A DNA stretch of 64,000 bases from Diplonema japonicum (GCA_964019335.1 OZ025655.1:1-64000); one strand, 5' to 3'; counted from the first letter of the stretch, positions 1 through 11,500 are shown. Notes: generated by a model from the sequence alone, not told the origin. Translations and numbers: made by a program.

Positions 1-48
1 GGTTTGCGGGTTTGCGGGTTTGCGGGTTTGCGGGTTTGCGGGTTTGCG
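1..48 (+). repeat. Tandem octamer (GGTTTGCG)6, truncated by the window edge; G3N5 spacing could form a G-quadruplex
   Basis: Six perfect copies read directly at 1-48. Confidence 0.95.
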
Positions 49-656
49 GAACACCCAAGTAGACAGTTCTTGTGCAGGGCGACGCCCTTTCGCGTCGTGT
101 CCTTAATGCGTGCAGCTCAACCCCAGCCGGGCGATCAGGGTAACCAAGATTCGGCTCGTGCAGGTTGCTGCCTGTTCGTCACCAGCTCCCTTCGTGTCCG
201 GACGTGCCCCCGCTACTCGCCAACTGTCCATGTAGTTGCTCCACCGCAAGATCTCGCTGTCGTTGTCATGTTGCAAAGCCTTTGTGTTATGAACATGTGA
301 GTTGAAAGAAGAAAATATTCAGACTTGCTTCGTATGGGATTTTATTTCTAGATTTCCGGTTCCTTAGGCACGGCAGAGACTAGCAGACGCCAGCCATCAT
401 GCTTGGTTTGGTCGGAGAGTTGCTCGCTCATAGACCAAAGGGCGGTAGGAGATGATGCTCCTCTTCCCTGCTGCCCACAGAAAAATGGTTACGCTACTTG
501 TTATTTGTCAGCACGCTGTGCAATTATTCAAAGCAAGGAAAAATCTGAACCCCATAAAAGTGTGGACAATCACTTCAGACGAACTCATAAACAAAAAACT
601 AAAACAAAGACTTAAAAAAAAGAAAAAAACTGTTTTCCTTCGTCAGAACGAGGACA

Positions 657-3200
657 CTACTGCATGCTAAACCTCCTACCATGAACAGATTCACGGCGAA
701 CATTCCGCTGGCCACTAGTGCGGAAACTACCACGGTAGCTGCTGTTCCGGTAGCTGTTGGAATAATAAGCACCACCTCCGAAAGAGATAGCAGAAGAATA
801 GCTTCCGCTGTAAGACGAGTAGCGCGTCAACTCAGTAGCAGGGTCTACAGGATACGCAGGTGTAGAAAAGGTGTCTATGCTGCAGCGTGATGAGTCTACA
901 ATTTGAGAAGGCGCAAAGGCCCTCGCCATGCGCGACCCCCCTAGTTCCGCAGGGAAGGTTATTATTTTGAACTTCTCACCTTCCCTCCTCTGGAGGAACA
1001 TTGTCACGGCATCGTCATCATCCACCTCCACCCTGTCGCCGTCTTCTTCCTCATAGTATATAGCTAGGTTCTTTTGATTGAGTTTCTGTTCTATCTTTGC
1101 AATGAACTCCTCATGTGTCGCATTGTTGTCCATAAGCAGTGTCTTGTTGAGATTGTCTCCGTGCATGATCACGAAGAGCTTTGTCTTATTCCCGAACTTC
1201 GACCTTCCGTGGCCTCCTTTCGCAGGCGGGGTCACTCGCTCCCTTTTGTTGATTGGAGAAGGCACTCCTTTGTTGATTGGAGAAGCTAACGGAGAGGGGG
1301 TGTCAGAACCCAGTGAAGGGGTAGGGGAGTCCGTGCCGTCAGACCTCACAGAATCGGCATCAATGCCCAGAGTCTTGGAACTCTTTTCACTCGCATCTAG
1401 CTTAGAGATGACGGAGTTGATAAAATCATCAATATCCTCGTCCTCATCTTCGTCATCCTGAAAAGAGTAATAGTAGTAAAGGAATAGCGTGCAGATACCT
1501 CGCTACGATGCTCCAGCTCAGCAGCCCCCAGAGTGGTCTCCAGGCGTCCTGTGAATCTCTTCCTGGTCTGGTATTCTTCATCCTCTGAAGAATCGGTGGC
1601 ATAATCGTACGTCTTGCCATCCACATCATCCTGTTGGCTTAAGCATGTGACGTGTCCATACCTGCTTTCGCTGGACTCCCTTGCTCAGAGTGTTAAAGTC
1701 AGCATCAAAGTGCTCGTATTCTTGATCCACCAAAACAACGTCATTACGCAGTGGCTTCGGCATCACAACACGATAGCGGGTGCTGGTACCAAACGACACT
1801 ACATGGTTGTGCTGGAGAATCAGCTTCTGCCCAGACCGCACAAGGATGTCGTTCAAATGTGTGTCGCCGTAAAATGGAGCCAAAACGAGCTTGCCACGTC
1901 GCTTGTCCCACATTACGGTCGCATGGTTGTGGGCAATGCCCAACCCACGAAGCGGAACAACCTGCACCCATTGCTTCCTCCAGGGATCGATTCCAAAAAC
2001 TGTAAACCTCAAAATAAAAGGAATGGCAAGCCCCACACGTGAAGCCGGAGCTAAAACCTCGAAATAGGGATAGTCGTGATCTTCTTCAATTGTTTCTATC
2101 CGCACATAAGGACTTTTGGCTACATCGTCCTTCGCCTGGTCAGGATTCCGTATCCATGACAGATCGCTCATGAGGCGCTGCTGGTCTTTACTTACAATCG
2201 AGTCTTTTCCAACATTCCGAATAGACCTCGAATTCTCATAATGCTGCACCTCATCAATTCGTTCCTTCAACATCAACTCGCTCCGTAGGGGTTTCTTAGC
2301 ACGCGGTGTTGAAATCCCAACTGCCAACATGCAGAAGTCCAGACATGCTGTGTTCGTCACATGGTCGTGCTGCTGTGTTCCGAGATGGGCTGCAACCCAG
2401 ATAGTGTTCCCTCCTGTTGCGAAGGGCTGCTTGATGAGCTTTGTAATGGGATTGGGGGTCGGAACTTCAACGCCCTTCTTCCGGAATGCCCTAATGTATT
2501 CTCTGACAGCGGAAGTTGTGGCGCATTCATCGGGGCTGGGCAGGTCAACGAACTGTACGGAGACTATGGTTCCGGCATCGTTGTTAACAGCGATGATGCC
2601 CTCAATCCATACAACCACAGCAGGTTTACGCTTCTCATCGACACCCTCTCTAGCATGGCATGCCTCTTCGATAAGGCCTAAGGTATCCATGATGTCTGCG
2701 TCGCTACGCAGCGTTCGTGTCGTGCGCTCATCCATGCAGTAGTTCCTTCTGTCGTCGATCTGCATTTTGCGTACCGTCCCCGGCGGTGCGAGCACGTCGC
2801 CCAGTTTCTCTGCAACCGACAATATAGTCACACGCACTCCCTTGCCCATCTTCACCATCTGCTTCATAACGCGAATCGCAACACCGTTTTTGTCGGTCAA
2901 CGTGGCGGCCCTTGTTTTTGCGTTTGGGCCATATGTAAAGTAGCAGCAATTATAACCCTTGCTGGCTTGTGTAATAATCTGTGACGCCTGGTTAGCGCAG
3001 AAACCCTTATGATCAGCAGGGCAAACGATCTTCACACCGGGATAGGACTTTTCTTTACCGTCACCAGGATTTCTAATAAACAATGTATCACCTTTGCATG
3101 ATAAATCAGCAGCAGAGGTCGGCAGGAACGCACAAACACGCACTAAGGAAGATGCACCTGCCCTGATGTCCATTTCGAGCAACTGTGATGAGTTAAGCAT
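657..3200 (-). CDS. Degenerate kinesin-3-like motor + FHA + PB1 domain protein (2 introns: 1631-1661, 1458-1498)
   Basis: Kinesin-like segments GYNCCYFTYG, QFVDL, ITKLIKQPFATGGNT; KIF1-type FHA (GIAHNHATV...LQHNHVVSFG...YRVVMP); PB1 OPCA motif YEEEDGDRVEVDDDD. Two GTAT..CAG introns join the three ORFs in frame. Confidence 0.75.
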
Positions 3201-3308
3201 AAATCCTACAACTAACTGTCAATGACACCACACTAAACCGATCGTTAGTTATTGCTCTCTCTAATCTCCTTCGCCTGTTGCATGTGGTTACACAAATTAA
3301 CTAAACGC

Positions 3309-4538
3309 TTATACCTCTGCGTTGGGCACCCAAAAATACACATTCCCTGAATCATGGTCCGAGTCAGTGCAATACAACAGAACGTAGCGCCTGCAGTAAT
3401 AAGAGTGAGAGGTGAGTAATAAGAGTATTCGTCATACTTGGGGTGCCATCTGGCCGCATAGTAGTTCTCTCCAGGAGGAAGCTCAGGAAGCTTCGAAACA
3501 ATCTTAGTAAGGTGATGACATTCCGAAAACCATACCTTCTGAGTCATTGTGTGAACAATGTATAACTCGTTCTTGGAGGCCACGCATGTCAGCTCCCCAT
3601 CGTGGCTAAATGTTATACTTCTAATCTCATCACGGCACACAGAAAAGCAACCCATGCTCTCAAACCTTAACGTCATGAAACTAACAATGCTGTCAGCACT
3701 CCCAATAGCAAAGAACCTGCCCTGCGGGTCAACATCAATGGAGAACACCGACACAGAGTGGCACTGCATGCTTGTCTTCTTGCTCTGCTGCGATATCCCC
3801 GGTGTGCCAGATGTCTTTGAAGGAAGCTGTGAGGTGTAAGTATCCCGTTTCCCCCCATACCGAAAAGGTATCAATAGCACCTGTCTCATTGCAGGCTATC
3901 AAGGTTCCCCCCGAGGGGTCGATGTCGAACTCATTCACGACGTAGTTGAATTTGTAAGTCGTCAGCAAATCGAACTTCTTCGAGTCCATGTTGAAGGAAT
4001 AGACCATCATCCAGTCATCAGAAGTGCCTACGTACACTTGCTGCGCCGTAGGGTGCCAACGCAGGTTCAACCCATGTCCAGCAGACTTACCTTCTGCAGT
4101 TCGGAAATCAGCGCTGGCAATGCAAGCCTCACTCGACTTTTGACGGATGTCCCAAATCTTTAACTTCTCTCCTGCCACTGTTGCAACAATGCTGGGGTCG
4201 TGTGGGTGCCATCTAACATTCGACACCTCTAGCCCATGTCTGTCATCACTTGCTGCCACCTCGAAAACCACCGTTCTACCCCTTTCCAACATCTTCGCCA
4301 GATCCTGCACAACAAGATACCCATCTTTTGTTCCAGATGCGTAGTACCTTCCTTCGCAGTTCCAATCGACGCTCCTTATGCCCTTGTCACGTCGTACTAC
4401 AGTCGTCATTAGCCTGCCACCTGTAGTCTCAGGCCGCCCCGTCTCAAAGAAGTACTTCCTGAACTCTTCCTTCTCTTTCGTCACGAATCCGAATCCATTA
4501 GTCTTGTCCTCAGGGTAATACTCTTCCCATGTTTTCAT
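3309..4538 (-). CDS. THOC3: THO complex subunit 3 (Tex1), WD40 protein; 3 introns (34, 33, 47 nt)
   Basis: WD40 repeats SVDWNCEG, VRWHP, LRWHP, IDVDPQGRFFAIGSADSIVS, and after splicing WHPKRYVLLY...NVYFW, matching the THOC3 pattern. Confidence 0.75.
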
Positions 4539-4593
4539 TGCAACTATGATAGTTAACTGTTCTGACAGCACAAATACACTGAATAATGTCACC

Positions 4594-5023
4594 CTAAATG
4601 TAGTTAAAAAGCATCCTATTCTCATTTAAACTCATTTCATCAATAAAAGGCTCAAGCGCCTTTCGCTGCCCCCGAATCCTCGAATTCAGAGTCTTCAAAG
4701 AATGTCTCACAGAAGAGACCTCCTGTTTTACGGAAAGCATCGAGTCAGTGCGCCCTCTGTCTTGGCTGTGGGTAGCTGCTGAGAGCTTAGCATTTGAGCT
4801 CATCTCAGCGATCTCAGACAGAATGTCGTCAAGGGCGGTCTCCGACTGAAGCTGTTCCATCTCCTTTTCTATCGTACGAATCCCATCCTGTAAAACTCTT
4901 GCGGTGTCTGCGTGTGGTGGGACATGCAGAATTGTACATACTGCAAGTAGCCTGGTTCACGGTGAACGTGACAATGCTGCACACAGCTAGCGGCACGCAC
5001 AATATTAATATCTGCCGATTCAT
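4594..5023 (-). CDS. Hypothetical ~131-aa protein, N-terminal hydrophobic segment + coiled coil; one 34-nt intron
   Basis: GTATG...GCAG intron joins ORF 4829-5023 to ORF 4594-4860 in frame. Confidence 0.55.
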
Positions 5024-5086
5024 CCGCCTAACCTAAATGGCTGGAGCAGACACCTGGTATGAAAAGACAACTACTAAGAACTGCAC

Positions 5087-5932
5087 TCACGCCTCCAACT
5101 GTGATACAAATAACTGTATACCCTTTCGATCACCTGATTTGTAATTCGGGCTTTTCATATGTTGAGCACACCAATTCATTACCAACAGACAGCTTCCCAG
5201 CAATTACCATTTTCTTATTCGAAAAATCAAGTAACTGTATTATCGTCTCTGCCGTACATAATACTTTTAGGCAATCATACCATAAGATGTGAACAACTGA
5301 ATGCACGAAGGAGTAACCATAGGGTCCGGAACGGGGGTAATGAACGGACGCAGGGGGTCAGTGGTCTCAAGAACAACTGCCTTCTGCAATGAGAGGATGC
5401 TGTCCCAAGTGTATTTCTCCTTGAACTGCTCTTTGCCTGCTGACACAATGCACAGAGAAGATTCCGTGATATAAATACTGCAAGGCTCAGGAATGCCTTT
5501 AGACATGATTTTGCACGTGTAGGCAGCTATAAGGGACTCCCTAGCAGCTGTTTCCGGAACGTTGCACGCGAAGCTCGATTGGTCATTCAGCTTGTCCCTG
5601 TTCCTCACGTTCTGTTCCAGGCTCGACTTCACAGAAAAAACACTTCTGTCAACCTTGCGCTTCGTTCGTGACAAGAGGACAGACGCTTTCGCCACCAAAC
5701 CATTTCTCTCACTGCTATCCAGTACCGCATCCTGCTCGGCCTGCCTCTGAGACGCCCGCTTTGCTTCTACATCAAAGTGAAACTGCTGGTCCGGTCTCAT
5801 GTATCCCAGACGCGGGCACGTAGGAGGAGGACCCGAGTAGCTGACAGGGTTGTAGCCGCTACGTACCTCCATCTCCGATGTGAACTGCTTCTGGGCTGGC
5901 GCCGCCACTGCATTCGACGCTAGAAACTGCAT
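5087..5932 (-). CDS. GRAM/PH-like domain protein; 3' end uncertain (stop at 5130, 5087 or 5020 depending on introns)
   Basis: LIAAYTCKIMSKGIPEPCSIYITESSLCI...WDSILSLQK resembles a GRAM fold; intron 5249-5280 extends the ORF. Confidence 0.55.
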
Positions 5933-6047
5933 TGCTTCAGGCCTAGAAGAACTTAGTAACAGTAGTAGAAAACATAAGCGTAAACTAAAATACACGGAAA
6001 GGAATGTTAACAAGATACAAACATGTGGGAGATAATATCGAACGTGC

Positions 6048-8107
6048 TTACATTATTATGTTCATCTCTGCAAGGATACCGTTACACTTCTCAAGCTCTT
6101 TCTTCGACAGGTCATTTTCCATTGCCCTGATAAGGTTCCCCTTGTCAAAGTTGGAGTGGTTCTCCTTGAAAGCCCTCTTGACATCATTCCACATTCCCTG
6201 AGACTGCATCCTAGACAATGTTTCGTAGATGTCTTCCTCATCTGTCCCCAGCCCCTTCATGGCCTTATACAAGACTTCGGCGTACCCGGCAATTTCTGCA
6301 CTGTCATACTTGGGTGCAGAAGGCACTGGCACCGCTGGAGGGGGCACCGGCTTTACGACGGGCGACGTTTTCTGAGGCCTGGGGTACCTGCCGTCATCGT
6401 ATCCCGATCGTCCAAATCTTCCTGGAGACAGGGCGCTGCTGGAGCTTGTGTTGGTGTTGTGGGGTGATCTAATGTTGGAACGTCTGGCACCCGACGAGTA
6501 ATGACCCTCACCCACAGAAGCCCTTCCACGTTCTTCCACGGGAGCTCTTCCACGTTCCTACAGTGTATCTATCTCCGGATGTGTAACATACCTGCGACAT
6601 GGTAGGTGTGTAGTGAACGGTGTTGTACATTTCCCTATCCACCTCTCTTCCCTTGTTACTGCCCTCGTATTCCCCGCCCCTAGGGGGAGAAATGTGATAC
6701 GACCTAAGAGATGACTCGCGCCCTTCGTATCCCCTGTCAGCAGGGGAACGCGATCCGTATGCTGGTGTGTATGACTTGATGTTACTGACTCTCTCAGATA
6801 CTGGCGATCGATCAATGGCTACTGGGGACTTAGCATCTGGAGAGGCGCTGATTCGTCTGCTAGAGAACGATCTATTCCGCAGCCTGGCCTCCCTGCTCTC
6901 AAGAGCAACACGCTGCTTACGGAGCGCGACTTCTTCATGGAGCAAGTCACTCTCTTCCTCGGCTGTCTGCATCCTCATACCGGCAAAGTTAGCATTATTC
7001 CTTTCTAAAGCCTCATGCTGACGTGATAGCTCCTTACACTGAACTGAGCAGGCTTCAATATGACCTGCAGCCGCTGTTGCCTTATCAGTCAACGCCCTTT
7101 TGTCATGTTCAGCTTTGCTGAGGGCGTCCCTCAATCTGTTCATGACATCACACGCATCCTTGTAGCTCTGCAGGGCGTTCTGCTCGTTAGCAGTGCACCT
7201 GTGGAGGTTTTCTCCCGCTGCAGCCAGGTCTCTCTCCTTGTCTTGTACACCACGGGACAGGATGTCACATTCATGCATCAGTTGGTCCTCTCTCTCCCGG
7301 CACTCGTGCACAGCCGCATTGGAAGCTTCAACATCGGCACGGCGGCGTTCCAACTCGCGTTCTAGCTCGCGATAAGCAGCTTCTGCCTTGCGAAGACTGT
7401 TCAGCGCTCCCTGAGTGTCCCGTTGCGACTGCTCAATTTTGCTCTGGCTCCTGCGCTCTTCGTCTCTCTCATCGTTCAAAGCAGCCTCCTCAGCCCGCAT
7501 TCTCTGACGCTCTTGCAAAGTAACATTGCGCGAGTCCTCCAAACCCATCTTGCATTCATCTGTCTTTGCTACTGCCTCTCCATACTGGCGCTCAAAAGAA
7601 TCACTATTAAGCCTGCAGTCATCCAGCATCAGCACAGAGGCCTTGTGCGCGTCGTACGCAAGCCTTTCCTGGTTCTGCGCATCAAGAAGCTGCTCACTGA
7701 CCATCTCGATTTCCTTCTGCTGTCTCTGGTCCTCAATGTCGTCTTTGCTGCGGTAGTACAAACAATCAAGGATCTACATGGTCTGATGTTACGGCAACGC
7801 ATACCGTAGGATAACGCTCAGCGAACATCTGGAACTCCCCAAAACGCAAGGCGCTCTTGGCCGAGACAGCAGCTTCTTCAAACAAATCTCTTATTACATC
7901 GCTCCTGAAGTGCATCAAGTCGCCATGGCGCATACCCCAGGTCAATTCTGAAACGGTGGAAGAAGGACAGCCACCCGTCGGCTGTGATCACGTTGTCTTT
8001 TCCCATGCGGTCAAAAATATGGCGCACCTGGAAAATGCGCTTCAAACACAAGTGGTAACAAAGCATACCTTCTGCACATGGGTTGCCTCGTCCTTCGTGA
8101 GCGACAT
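6048..8107 (-). CDS. EF-hand-like N-terminus + long coiled coil + single C-terminal annexin repeat; 4 introns (29, 31, 31, 34 nt)
   Basis: Spliced MSLTKDEATHVQKRIFQ...FGEFQMFAERYPTILDCLYYRSKD, heptad-rich middle, and AEVLYKAMKGLGTDEEDIYETL (annexin consensus). Confidence 0.7.
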
Positions 8108-8171
8108 TTAACAATAAGCTGTGATTAATGAGCTAAGAGGCCGAGAGTGAGAAAATAACCGAACTATAACT

Positions 8172-8619
8172 CTAAGCGATGCAGCAAGCATCCTGCCCGC
8201 CTTTTAAATTTCGTGGGAACATCATAACCTTCGATGGAAAAGCCTCTCCCTGAACAACGTACTGTCCCTTGATCATCTTACTGTAGCCTTTGGTGCCAGG
8301 CTTGGCCAAAGGGGCCCACCCGCCACCAGGGGTGCGCACATAGTTCGGTGCTGGAGGCTTGTCATAAACAGACTGCAGAATTATGTACAAATCATTATTG
8401 CATACCAAAGGATGGAAGAGTGTAGAAGCGCCAACAACCGTGGCCCTAGGCTTAGTACCCCATGCCGGATCCCAGTCCCTGTCACTGATGACAGGGGAAG
8501 TAGCTGAACCTGAACCCGATGGCTCCAGCTTGAGTGTAACCTGAATGATGAAGTTTCAGAGATGCATTATTCAATACACCAACCTTAGAAACTAAAATAC
8601 AACCGTTGAACATCTCCAT
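8172..8619 (-). CDS. Hypothetical ~123-aa protein ending in CaaX-like CCIA; introns 8541-8583 and 33 nt
   Basis: Splicing gives an open frame MEMFNGCILVSK|VTLKLE...HPL|SVYDKPP...DACCIA; start is uncertain. Confidence 0.45.
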
Positions 8620-8634
8620 GAGTCTTGTGCTACC

Positions 8635-9476
8635 CTATTCGGCAACATCAATTCGTGTTTCAAGAAGTGGCTCGTCGTGGATGGAAGATGTCATGGTGCC
8701 CCGGAGATCTGCTAAGCTGCCTCTTCTGCTGGGCGGTGGCGTATCGACACGGCTAAAATACTTCACAAACTTCGACGCTGGCAACCAATTTATTGCACCT
8801 CTCAGTGTGTACTTCGCCTCGCCGTCGCAGTCAATGAACACCTGTAGTAAGTTATTTGAGTCTGGAGCATACCGACGCAAGTGTCGCTACAGTCCCAGGC
8901 CGCACCACCCCCACAGCGCCCTTCATGTTGAACTCCAGCTTTGAGTGTTTCATCATAACTATATATATTTACATACCTTCCCATCAATATTGTTGCGAAC
9001 CACCACATCGCCTACAACAAAAGGTGTTGCCTCAGCACCCCTTCTGTCGAAATGTTTTTCCATAACTGCTAGCTTGCATGATGCTTTTGCATCTTCTATT
9101 CTATATTTCATCTCGTCCCTGTATAACTGCTATTCATCCCTGAAGCATACTTATCTGTCGTGTGGATGGACCTAACAGTAACACGCCGCCCTACACTTTC
9201 TTCTCCCTCTAATGTACCTACCTCACCAGCAAATCTAAAGGCAACAGAAGGGTCTTGCATGTTCCGTGTCAACACGTCTCCAGCTTTATATCTCGGCCGC
9301 CTCGCCTGAGGCTGCTTTTCCCCAGCCCCAGACTGTCCCTGCGAACACATGTTCTTGTATTCCCCATTTAGCTCAGTCGCAGCATGGCACGCCCTATACC
9401 TATTCAGGCGATACACGAGAAATATCGCTAGAAGTACAACCAGCACAACGCCCCCACATAAGATGGCTGCAATCAT
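8635..9476 (-). CDS. Hypothetical single-pass membrane protein with two internal SH3-like repeats; 3 introns
   Basis: N-terminal TM; repeats YKAGDVLTRN...FRFAGEVGTL and FVVGDVVVRN...FNMKGAVGVV; three GTATG introns join the ORFs; C-terminal DEPLL dileucine-like motif. Confidence 0.6.
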
Positions 9477-9712
9477 TCCATACCCTGTCGTGCTGAGTGA
9501 AACGTTCAGTGAGGATTAATAAATGGGTTCCCTTTCTTCCCGAGGAACAAAGAGCAACGGAAAAATGTAACCAAAGCATGGGAGGATGGGTTTGGGAAAG
9601 CAGCCTGATGGGTAGGTGGGCGGCAACCTGCCTTGGGTGGCTACTCATGAAAAGAGGAAGGTAAGAAACACTGAAACAAACACTGATTAATCTTAATCCA
9701 AAACTCCGTCTA

Positions 9713-10288
9713 CTACTTCTTCTTACCCTTCTTCTTGCCGCCAAACATGAAGCCGTCATCGTCCTTCTTCTTGAACTGCGCCATGTTGAAGCCAGCAGGG
9801 AGCTCTACCTTTCTCTCCTCCTTCTTCATCTTCTGCTGGAGCGCTGCTCTCTCTTCGGCCTTCTTCTCTAAGTCAGCCTGGGCAGCCTCATCCCTCTTCT
9901 GGATCTCTTCAGCCTTCTTGGCCTCTTCCTGCTCCTGTTCCACTGTCTTTGAGCCCTCTTCCTCCTTGTCCAGATGGTCGAAGTTCCCTGCACCGTCTTC
10001 AAACATCTTGATGCCCTTCAACTTGCTCTTCACCTTGCCCACATCCTTGTTGAATGCCTCGATCTTCTTGTTGCACTGTTCATCAACAATCTTCACGAGC
10101 TCCTTCACCTCTTCGGGAGTGGCCTCGGACAGCGTCTGCTGAAGAAGTGCGTTGAGCATAAGCACTGCATTGGCATCGCCGTCCTTTGCTGACAGCGTCT
10201 GCTTGCTGATCGCCTTGAAAACAGCGTCAACGTAACTCTCGTAGTCCGCCTTGGTGCGGGGGTACATCTGCTCAATAGAGCCTTGCAT
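9713..10288 (-). CDS. eIF3j-like protein (intronless)
   Basis: IEQMYPRTKADYESYVDAVFKAI...MLNALLQQTLSEATPEEVKELVKIVDEQCNKK resembles the eIF3j helical domain; strong codon bias; CAG acceptor at 10304-10306. Confidence 0.5.
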   Translation of the reverse strand: MQGSIEQMYPRTKADYESYVDAVFKAISKQTLSAKDGDANAVLMLNALLQQTLSEATPEEVKELVKIVDEQCNKKIEAFNKDVGKVKSKLKGIKMFEDGAGNFDHLDKEEEGSKTVEQEQEEAKKAEEIQKRDEAAQADLEKKAEERAALQQKMKKEERKVELPAGFNMAQFKKKDDDGFMFGGKKKGKKK

Positions 10289-10544
10289 CTTGACTGATAC
10301 TCCCTGTGGTGATGGGGAACCAAAAGCAACCAGGTAGGAAAAAATAAATATATGAGTTAAAGGAGGCCGGTGTTGGCGGCGCCCTTTAATAAAAAGAACT
10401 GGAGAGGTAAAAACTGGGTGCTGGGGAAGACCTAACAGGTGCGAAGGCCCTGGTGGGAGGTGAAGGAAGAACCTTCTCCTGTTCCTGGTCATTGTGCAAT
10501 CCTGCTCTTCCCGGTCCCAAGGTTAGAGTGCGATAGTCACCTAT

Positions 10545-11030
10545 CTAGTAAAGTTCGACCTTGTTTGCCTCGTTTGCAATGCTCTCTGCGTGTGCCTTGA
10601 GCTCTTCTGCAACGGCCTGGCTGGTCACATTTACCACAGCTTTCTTGATTGCCTGACGCTTCGCCGACTCCCATGCTCCTGAGGCACCCGGGATGTCCGG
10701 GATGCTGTTCTCAGGGTTATCGTCACCCATGTCGCTCAACATTCGTGACTGCTCGTTACGTGCGTCACGTGAAATGTCAAAGTCGTAGTCCATGTCGTCA
10801 GCAAATCTCTCGATCATGTCCTGCAGATACCTATCTTCCATCGTCTTCTCATGCGCCTCTTCCTTCGATAAGTCCTTGTGTTTTACCTTAACTGCAATGT
10901 ACTTGTTCTGGATCTGCTTAAAAAGATCCGCGTTACGACACTTCCTGCAGTCCAAACCCATTTTCCGAGCGTTCATTTTGGGAACAGGGGCATCGGACTT
11001 CTTGCCCGGCGATCCGCTGCAGTTTCCCAT
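10545..11030 (-). CDS. Hypothetical 161-aa protein with dual-acylation N-terminus (MGNCSG)
   Basis: Clean intronless ORF; MGxC myristoylation/palmitoylation motif. Confidence 0.7.
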   Translation of the reverse strand: MGNCSGSPGKKSDAPVPKMNARKMGLDCRKCRNADLFKQIQNKYIAVKVKHKDLSKEEAHEKTMEDRYLQDMIERFADDMDYDFDISRDARNEQSRMLSDMGDDNPENSIPDIPGASGAWESAKRQAIKKAVVNVTSQAVAEELKAHAESIANEANKVELY

Positions 11031-11260
11031 CTTTCGTAAGGTGTAAAGTAAGAGTTACCTGAAAGTAATGCACGTGCAGAAAAAAATCAAAAAAATAAAA
11101 CAACTTTAAAAAAAGAGAGACTGCCTTCGGCTTCTCATTAACGGTACAAGGGAGGAAATAGATACAGTAGTACAATGTAGTTTAACAAAAAGGGGCAGGG
11201 TATAAAGGGGTACAAAACAAATAGTTTAAAAACCTGGATAACATGGGATAAAGCTTGCAT

Positions 11261-11500
11261 CTAATAACACCATTCATTCACAGCTCTGTCGGCTCGAAGC
11301 TCGGCATCAACAGTACCGTCGGGCAGTACGCCGACGCTTTTAGGCTTCACGTCTGAGGGTGAGCGCAGATGCCCTCGCTCGGCCTTGTAAGCCCTGACCT
11401 TAATGAGCACAGATGAAAGCGACAGCGCTAAGAGTGTTTACCCCAACCCTTGTTCATACATACTAGTAGCAACGTAAGCCAGGTTCTTCATAGTAGTCAT
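11261..11500 (-). CDS. Hidden 67-aa protein (MTTMKNLAYVATTLSLSSVLIKVRAYKAERGHL...NEWCY); intron 11428-11463
   Basis: Absent from the ORF track; a 36-nt GTATG...TAG intron containing a stop joins two exons; CAG acceptor ~30 nt upstream of the ATG. Confidence 0.65.

Noticed and set aside
1-48. Telomere
   Set aside because: G-rich strand points inward and the unit is not TTAGGG; a left chromosome end should read C-rich.
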